A DNA stretch of 64,000 nucleotides, from positions 16,306,001 to 16,370,000 of the forward strand of contig CM022671.1 of NCBI GenBank assembly GCA_012295275.1. The letters are read 5' to 3'. The position numbers were made by a program, and so were the translations under genes. Origin of the DNA: Chrysomallon squamiferum (Eukaryota > Animalia > Mollusca). The number at the start of each line of letters is the position of its first letter. The first letter of the stretch is position 1. Of this stretch, positions 55,337 to 64,000 are shown piece by piece. The notes beneath the pieces were generated by a model, which saw nothing but the letters and a program-made list of their open reading frames with translations, had not been told where the DNA came from and made no database searches.

Positions 55337-56861
55337 GTGTACAGTTCTATGTTCTGTCATATTAGCCCTTGCAGTAACAATAACTTAATAAAAATAGTTT
55401 CTATAACACTAGCAGCATTAATGTTATCAATATTACTGTATATTTCAAACTAACTTTACTATCTTATTTACAGACCCATTTTATTTGCTTAATATAACAT
55501 TACACAGTACACTGTTGTAGTAACAGACATGTTCCATGCTGTTTTATACTGCAATAAAAAAATCATTGATGTTGAATCCAGATACTAGTCTTCTGTGCGA
55601 TCCAGCTATTGGAGATGATGTATCAGACAATTTTAATACAAACTTTATTGAGTGGGTAAACTGTTAAAGAGTTTTATAAGTTTCTGCACTGAGAAATGGG
55701 TTTTTTAAACCAATTTCACATCTGCATTGTGTAATATTTATATTATCCAATAATAAACATGGTCTCCTGGGTGTTATATGCAAGCTTAAAGCAGAGATTA
55801 GAAGTTTAAAACAAGAATTAATAAATTTAATCAAACAAGTAACATAGTAAATATAACATGCTTACGTAAAATGTCTACCACTGAGCCATATCCAATCGTA
55901 TTATACACGAATCTTTAGATTTCCTTTTTTTCTCTTTGTTTTCTTATTATTTCTAAACTTTTCTCTATTCAAAGAACTAAATTGACTTTATCCTCCTAAC
56001 CTATTCATCATGAAGTCTGGGGAACACCATTTCAATTAGCCAGGAATCATATTGCAATGCTAGTGGCAGAGTGAGTCAGGTACAGAACAATGAATAATTG
56101 GACTTTTTCTTTCTTTCACACCCGCATTCTCCAGGGGCAGAAGCAGCTCTTTAGCTTAGTGAACTTCTCCCTATTCATCAAGGACAAACACTGATACAGT
56201 TGCCAGATCTTGTCAAGTATTAAGTGACAGATAAGCCTAATATCCAGGCCAAGAAACAAATGGGTTTTTCACAAAAAATTTAAATGCTGCCCTATCAAAG
56301 CTCGTCTTCATATCGTTTTTATTGATGTTCCGATACACACTTAATTTAAAAATGTTTTGGTTTCTTTCACTGGGATTATCTTTTGATGTTTTACAAGAAA
56401 GAAGTTTATGCTTTAATCAGAAAGGCTCAAGCGGTTTCATCTATACTTAACTATAGATAGATGTGTGTTTGTATACTTGAGATAATCCTAAGTGTAAAGT
56501 GTATGATGGAAACACACAAGATTCAGACAGAATGGATTTAGTAATGTCACATTTATTAGGCTGGGGGACAAACATCAGAATTAATTCTGTGTGTATTAAT
56601 GTTTCTGCGATCTGCAAATATCTTTTCACACATTTTTTTTATATCTCACAAAGACACACACACATATATTTATAACATTTATCTATACTTTTATATACTA
56701 AATATACACATCCCTATATATATATAAAAAAAATTATATTTTGGGTTATTTATATACAATATACTTACATAAATATACAGAGAGGTAAATAAACTGTTGT
56801 CATAAGTTAACTTATATGGATATTGTATAAAGGTAAGTATAGTGATAAATTGATTGATGTC

Positions 56862-56864
56862 ATA

Positions 56865-56910
<46 letters not shown>

Positions 56911-56975
56911 TGTATGTGTGTATGTATATATGTATGTATGTATATATGTATGTATGTATGTATGTGTATGTATAT
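56862..56975. repeat. (TA)n/(TATG)n compound microsatellite
   Basis: Direct reading. Confidence 0.93.
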
Positions 56976-57751
56976 AAACAACCCAAAATATAAAAGAAAT
57001 TTCAATATTTATCTTTGACTGGCTTTTTTCACTGAAAACATAATTAACTGCCTGTATGACTTCCTTCATTTACATTTTTCACATTATTACAGCACTACCA
57101 CACAATTCATTTTTTTTTTTTTTGTCTGTTTTTTTGTTGTCTGTTTATTCTGTTTCCAAAAACTGTGTCACTTTAGCCCATTCTTCTGATAATCTTCCCA
57201 TCCCCTCCCTCCCAGTGACCACCTGCAGTGGGAGAAAGCCCCACCCAGAAGAAACCTAGCAACTAGCAGCAAGTTGACCAGCACAGGCAGGAAGCGAGCA
57301 GCAGCTGTCTGCACCATCACACCGTAATTACAGCTTTGTAATCCTTTGTTTTGTCAAAGACACATTCCTCCACTACTGTGACTCCTTAACCCACCCACCT
57401 CTGCCTGCCTGCCTGCCTGCCTGCCACTAGCAAACACTGTCATAGTGAGGCAGATTAGCCTGTAACAAGGATGTGTCATTATCTCTGGGTGATTTACTAC
57501 TTCCTCTGACCGTCCACATTACTGGTCAAGTGCTGGACGAGATGGTCAACGCGCTCCGGACACATCCTCCATCTTGCAGATTACCAGTTTAATTGTTGTC
57601 AGAGCAATAAAACAAGCATCGGTTAACATCTTGTAGCAATCAAAGTAATTTCGTCTTGTGACAAATTTTGCTTTCATTTAATCAGCAGCAGTGTGTAACA
57701 GTTCTTTCTGAATGTTTAACAAAAGCCCAGCATTAAATTACATGACTGTTT

Positions 57752-58088
57752 TGATGTCATGCAGAGAGGTAAGTGTTTTGAATAAGATAACTGATATCAC
57801 AGAGAGGTAAGTGTTTTGGTAAGTTAATAGTTGCCATATACAGAGGTAAATATATGGATTAGTTAACTTGTTATCACACAGAGGTAAGTATACTGACAAG
57901 CTGACTGATGTCACAAAGTGGTAAATTTATTGATAAGTTGACTGATGCCATACAGAGGTAAGTATACTGATGTCAAAATAAAGAGGTAAATACTGTTAAG
58001 TGTGGACAGAGTTAACTTATACATAAACAGAGAGGTAAGTATATGTTAACTGTTGCTATACAAAGATAAGTATATAACTAAGGTAACA
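57752..58088 (+). repeat. ~38-bp degenerate minisatellite, ~9 copies, most carrying (A)GGTAA(G/A)T
   Basis: GT of the motif at 57769, 57807, 57846, 57884, 57921, 57958, 57986, 58035 and 58083; related units at ~56770-56861. Confidence 0.88.
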
Positions 58089-60013
58089 TCTTACACCTTC
58101 TACTACTGCATCCACACTTATTATTTTTATCACATCATTTACTAGTTAACATCATACTTAATGATCTTATGCATGTTAAAGAGAAGATATTCACAATTAA
58201 AAACAGAAGAGAATGTAATGGATTGACCTATTTAATATTTTTATACACTGCATTATGTCATTATAATAACAACAATAAAAAAAAATTATATTTTTAATTA
58301 AAATCACAACGACGACTTTAATTTCAGAAATCACTGTTACGTACGGCTTTGCGCAACCTTTTTTAAATTCTCAATTAGTGAAAAAATAAAAGCAGCACTG
58401 AAGCGTGGATAATTTAATTCCAATAAGGATTACTGTGTGGAAATATTTAATTATTTTAAGCAAGTAGTCAACCCCATTAAGACAACTGCCTGGGTTATTT
58501 AATCAAAACGGCCATCAAGTTATAATTAATATTTTCTTGCAAATTACATTTAAATCTCTTGTCGGTGATGAAATCCTGCTTCACTTTTGTCGGTGTAAGG
58601 CTGCAGTTTGAGACAGGTGCCACATGGCAGGCAGTGGTAATGAGGTGAAGCGTCCAAACAATTGTTATGAAAGGACAATCCAGCTAACCCATGTTAATTT
58701 TATTTCTCGTACCTTCTTCTGTGGATCTTTTAAAACCGGCGAACCAGTACAACAAAAAGATTTTTTTAATTTTTTTTTTTTTTAAATTTTGTTGCAAAAG
58801 AAATTAAAAAAAAATGATTACATGACTTTTGATTAGAGAAACTGATTTTAATTTTTTTTTAAATAAATTTAAAAAAAAATTCAATTTCATATGAGGTCAT
58901 GCTAAAATTAATTATCTGCATGATAATGCTTCCACTGTATTTTCTGATGTATTAATAAACTGTGGTTTATATCTTTTATTAATTATGAATAGATTTTTAA
59001 TTTTTTTTTTTAATGTTTCATCATTATTATTTTATTATTAGATTCTTTTTTATTACTTTTATTTTTATTTTTATTGTTGTTCTTTTATTTCTTTGTTCTT
59101 GTTATTTTTGTCTTTCAGTACCCAACAACAAACATTTCCTAAGAACCATCCACATAAAACTGTGGCCTAGACAGACCAATGAATCACAAATTACTTGCTC
59201 TTTCAAAACAAATGCTTTTACTTCCAATAAAAATCACACAAAGACGGACAATATATAATAATAAAAAAAATTAATTACAAATTGACAGTCTCAGTAATTT
59301 TTTTTTTGTTGCTCTTCATTATTTCCCCTGGTCAGTGTATGACCAGAGGCTCTGTCCTGACATCACCGTGGCCCTCTCAGACAGGCACTAATTGGTGTGT
59401 TGTCAAAACCCGATGATGAGAGCTGGACCATGTAATGTCATAAGCCAGCTTGATTAGCTTTCTAGACCGATGGGCGAGGACAAATGTGGCTACTGATAAT
59501 GAGAATGATGGTTTTAAAAAAAAAATAGAGATTCTAACAGTGGTTATGTTATTGGTTTTTACACTGGAAGGTACAGAGATCAAAACCCGGCTATGATAGG
59601 ACAAATTGAAATGGTTTTATAACGGTGGTGTGGGATTATATATAAAAAAAAGAAGAGAGAAGGACAAGAAGAAGATCACTGGTCTTTGTAAAGCAGTGAT
59701 TGAGACTTAAGATTCAAGATTCTAAGATCATAAATCAGCCTAACTTGCTTTTTAGATTGATGGCGAAGATAAATATATCCAGCAGGCCATTTCATAATCA
59801 ATATGATGTTTAGAAAAAAGATTTACGTTTGAGAGTGAAGTATCAAGTTTTTTTTTAGCTTGTAAAGCTTGTAATTATTGTGTAAAGGCACACATTTTGA
59901 AACAGAATTATTAAAAATCTTAAATAATCTAGGTTTTTTTTTTTTTTTTTCAATAACTAACTTTTAATAAATATGAATGACAAGTTCGTTGGGTTTTTCT
60001 GCCAACTTGTTTT

Positions 60014-60044
<31 letters not shown>

Positions 60045-60650
60045 CTGTCCATCAAATGACTGCACCCTTTCTGATTCACCTCTGACATTCACTGTGAAAT
60101 TTATAAAAAGTAAAATTCTGTTAATGCCTGCAAGGAAATTAATAGAAATTTTGGTAGTAATTAAATATTAACAATTAAATAATAATGATTAAATTTTAAT
60201 GATTAAATAAAAATGATTAAATACTAATTAACTAACAGTAATGTTGGTTTTTTTGAGGATTTTCAAGTCTTCATGAGATGTGTGGAAGATGTTCTCTATC
60301 ATCAGTTTTCAATTTAGTGTGTGACATCTCACTGCCGTGCATGCAGAATAATGCAGCACAAAGTGTAATTGTATCTAACACGTTCTCTGACTGTAACCGG
60401 TAGAAGTCAATCACCAGCAGGAGAAACAAAAGAAAAATCACCTCATCAGTTCTTGTAGAATCCTCTTAATTAACACACTGCTCAGTAAAAAATAGCAAAA
60501 CAAATTAAAATTCTTTTTTTATACGTTTACAAGAGAATCCATGACATTACAACTTAGGTGGTATTAAAAAAGAATGTGTTTAAATACAGTCACCATGCAT
60601 GCATAACTTGTGTTCTGTTCAAACATATAAACAAATACTGGTATATATGT

Positions 60651-60692
<42 letters not shown>

Positions 60693-62126
60693 GCAAACAG
60701 TTTCCCAATACAGCCAGAACCCTTTGTCTCATTTATCCAAGGCTATAGTATTAGTTATAGCTCTAAAATGTGTACATCAAAATACCTTGATGCCAGTTGA
60801 TTAAAGTAATCCAAAGAGGAACATTTCATACAGTTCTTAATGTGCTTCAGTATTATTAATCATTCCTTCATGCAATGGGGTTAACAAAAGTTTTATTTTA
60901 TTTTGTGTATTTATTCTTCTTGCAGTAAAAAAAAAAAAAAAATTAGTGATAGCAGAAAGGTCTCTTTGTTACATTCTGTTTAAAAATCATCGACTCTAAA
61001 ATATTAATTTTGCCAATCAGCATAGTAAAAGAAAACACATGTCCAGGGACTTGGTCAAGTGGTCTTGCTGAAGTGCCGTCCATCACAGACACTTTTAATC
61101 TGGGCAAGTAATCCCAGTTGGTTATTGTGCTAGAAGATAATCACAAAGTCTCAAAACAGACTGAGTGAAATCACTTAAACGTTACCTTTGCCAAACATTT
61201 CGTCTTTACTTCTCAACTTGTTTTCATTTAAGAATCGGGGCCTCCTGCAGTGAAGTTTGCTATAATGGGCACTTTATAAAACAATAACTCTCTATAGTAC
61301 AGCCATCAGTCAATTGCCAAATCCACTCTCCAGAGACATTTATCTCAGTCGGGATTACAAACGTCTCCTTTTGGAAATCTTTTTTCAATGCACATCCTTC
61401 ACAATACACAGAAAGCCTTTCTTAACACTCTTTAAGCTCAAACTGATTTCTTAAACTGCCTCAGCAATGAAAATTACTGTAATTATCAGCAGCAATCATA
61501 AAAATATTTTTAGAAAATAAACTTTGTCTGTTTTCATCTCAAACACCAAAGCAAAAAAGATGCACCATGATAAAAAATACTTTTGTTCACAACTTAAAGT
61601 TTTATTTATATGTATATCAGCTAATGTATAATTAAGAATCTACTACTTAACCATTTACACAAAGAACCATAAGAAAATTTGTTCTCTTATCAGTACTAAG
61701 ATGAAAGAAAAAAGATATGACCAAAAAGTGTGTTTTATATCATTTGAAGCACACATGAATATTTGTGTTATTGTATCTCTTATGGTTCATTATGGTACAT
61801 TTTCGTATGCACTGGTGGCCTATATAAAGGTTTTATTTTATTTTATTTTTATTTTATTATATATTGTTGCTTCATTTTATTATAATTTTTTTTAGTTCAA
61901 TCTTTGCTAACAACACTTGCTGCATCATTATTCTTGTTAACAGTAAAGGTTAATGGCAGAATCAAATAAAACAGTCACTAAGAAGAATACAGAATGAATT
62001 CAGATAAATTAGACAATATAAATAAGTATCATATAACCAACAGTCCAGTGCTTATTTTAGTTTCAGTTACAGACTGTAACTTACTTATTCATGCATATAT
62101 TACAATATAATACCTTAATTTATGCA

Positions 62127-62127
<1 letters not shown>

Positions 62128-62208
<81 letters not shown>
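62128..62208. repeat. (CT)n microsatellite
   Basis: Direct reading. Confidence 0.95.
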
Positions 62209-62210
<2 letters not shown>

Positions 62211-62634
62211 GCACACATACACCAAACAAAACGAAAACCAACTAAAAAAAAACATACTATTTTCTTTAGAATCTAAGCTTCCTGTCATTTAAAAATAAAA
62301 CCTAATACAAATAACCACACAGTTTATATTGCATTTTAAAAACCCAATAGGTTACGGTGGCTTGTTCTTCCAGAGAACTATTAAGCTGGGGATAAATCAT
62401 GAGACAAAAAAAAAAAACCAACAACAATACAGAGATTTCTGAAGGAAAAGAAAAAAAAAGATTTTACTCCATAATAGATATGACAAAAATGTTCATTTCT
62501 TCCATAGCTGATAGGGCTGTAATGGTTTAATCTGACTCAGTTCAAGCTAGAATTAGTTTTAAATATGAAGACTGTGTATTTTTATTATTCCTCAGTTCCT
62601 TATACTGAAAATAATCAAACTATATTCAACAGAA

Positions 62635-62990
62635 TGGTGTTATGTACTATTACATAGTGATTACATTCAAAACATATTTTCTTGAAAATGTGTTAGTCCA
62701 CTGAGAGTGAGATCAAAATAAAAGCAAGGGCAATTTTATGCAATTTTAAAGCTAACCAAACTGTAACAAACAGGATGGTGTAATGTTATACAGTGATTAC
62801 AGTTTAAAATGTTTTTATATTTTATTAGTGCTCTGAGAGCGAGATTAAAGCAAACTCAATTTTATGCAGTTTTAAAGTCAGTCACGACACGGAAATATAC
62901 ACACTATAAATAACATTACCAGAGAAGTTACATAATGATTACATTTTAAAAATAATTTACTTAACAGTTTATTAGTGCGTTGAGATTCTT
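62635..62990. repeat. Degenerate ~140-bp tandem repeat, ~2.5 copies
   Basis: tggtgt.atgt...agtgattaca...ttagt.c.ctgagag.gagat...caattttatgca.ttttaaag repeated, with a third partial copy from ~62930. Confidence 0.8.
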
Positions 62991-63476
62991 TCTCAGATTA
63001 CAGTCAACCCAAGGACAAATGTAATTAAGATCTTTGATTTCATCCAGCCTGGAGGCAGTTCTAGTGTATGGTGTTATCTGTGCAGAGAAGATAACACTCA
63101 GGGTATGACACAAAAAGAGAGTAGACTTCTGGATGTTGAACATTGCGTGTTGAAGACAAATATATATGAAGTATGTGGAACGCAGAAAGAGAGTGGACCA
63201 GTGGATGTTGAACTGTGTAGTTAAGAAAATATCTGGAGGACCAATTGCCTGTGGATGAACAGTATAATTAGTTCACTTGATTAGTTCCAGTCGGATACCT
63301 GTCTGACAGTGCTGTCAATACTCCTGCCAGCAGATTTAATGATCAGCATGGAGGAACTTTATAAAATATATCAATAACATGTTGTTAGTCCTTTATACAT
63401 TTACCAGCTGGGCTAATTCTGGTTGATTTTTTTAGTTTTTTATTTCATCTTTATTTTTTTTGTATTTTTTTTTATA

Positions 63477-63478
<2 letters not shown>

Positions 63479-63532
<54 letters not shown>
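63479..63532. repeat. (TG)n microsatellite
   Basis: Direct reading. Confidence 0.95.
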
Positions 63533-63534
<2 letters not shown>

Positions 63535-64000
63535 GAGCTCAGCTGTAAAACAGATTAAATCCAGTGGTTAACCATTGCTTCATGATGACAAACCTAATTA
63601 GTTGTAAAATCACTGAAAAATGTGTGTGTGTGTGTGTTTAATTGTTTTTTGGTTGTTGTTTCTTTGATTTTCATAATTTAGTTTAATTTAATTTATTTAT
63701 TTTATTTATTTATTTATTTTTATTTATTCTTTTAATTGTTTAAGATGAAACAGAAAAGAAATGTTCAGTAATTAAATGACTCACAATTAATTCATATATA
63801 TACAATGAAAACCTTTTAAACTTTCTTTTTTCTTCTCTAACAAATGAATAACTATTCTTTTAATGACCCTTTAATTTTTTTTCTAAACCACTGGTTGCAG
63901 GATTTTGAAAATATTTTAATTATTATAATGACAGTTATGAAGCACTTATGAAAGATGATGCAGCCTATGCAAGTTCATTTGAAAGCAATTAATTAAATCA

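Overview
AT-rich, CpG-poor eukaryotic (animal) genomic DNA, almost entirely non-coding. It most plausibly represents very long intron(s) or intergenic DNA of an invertebrate. A decayed Meta/MESC-type SINE fragment at ~49.2 kb, recognised from memory, suggests a mollusc (likely a gastropod). None of the supplied ORFs looks like a real protein: they come from microsatellites, poly(A/T) runs or minisatellites. There are no prokaryotic genes, rRNA, intact tRNA or CRISPR array. What the sequence does support: (i) many unrelated tandem arrays of different ages, including a young 49-bp x17 array, a 55-bp x10 array built on a tRNA A-box-like motif, and a ~38-bp array carrying repeated AG|GTAAGT donor motifs; (ii) abundant microsatellites; (iii) a few minus-strand candidate exons, the best at 25020-25081; (iv) an apparent ~1-kb alternation of higher-complexity islands and AT-rich spacers. 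I cannot support a claim of a new biological system; the findings are hypotheses with stated tests.
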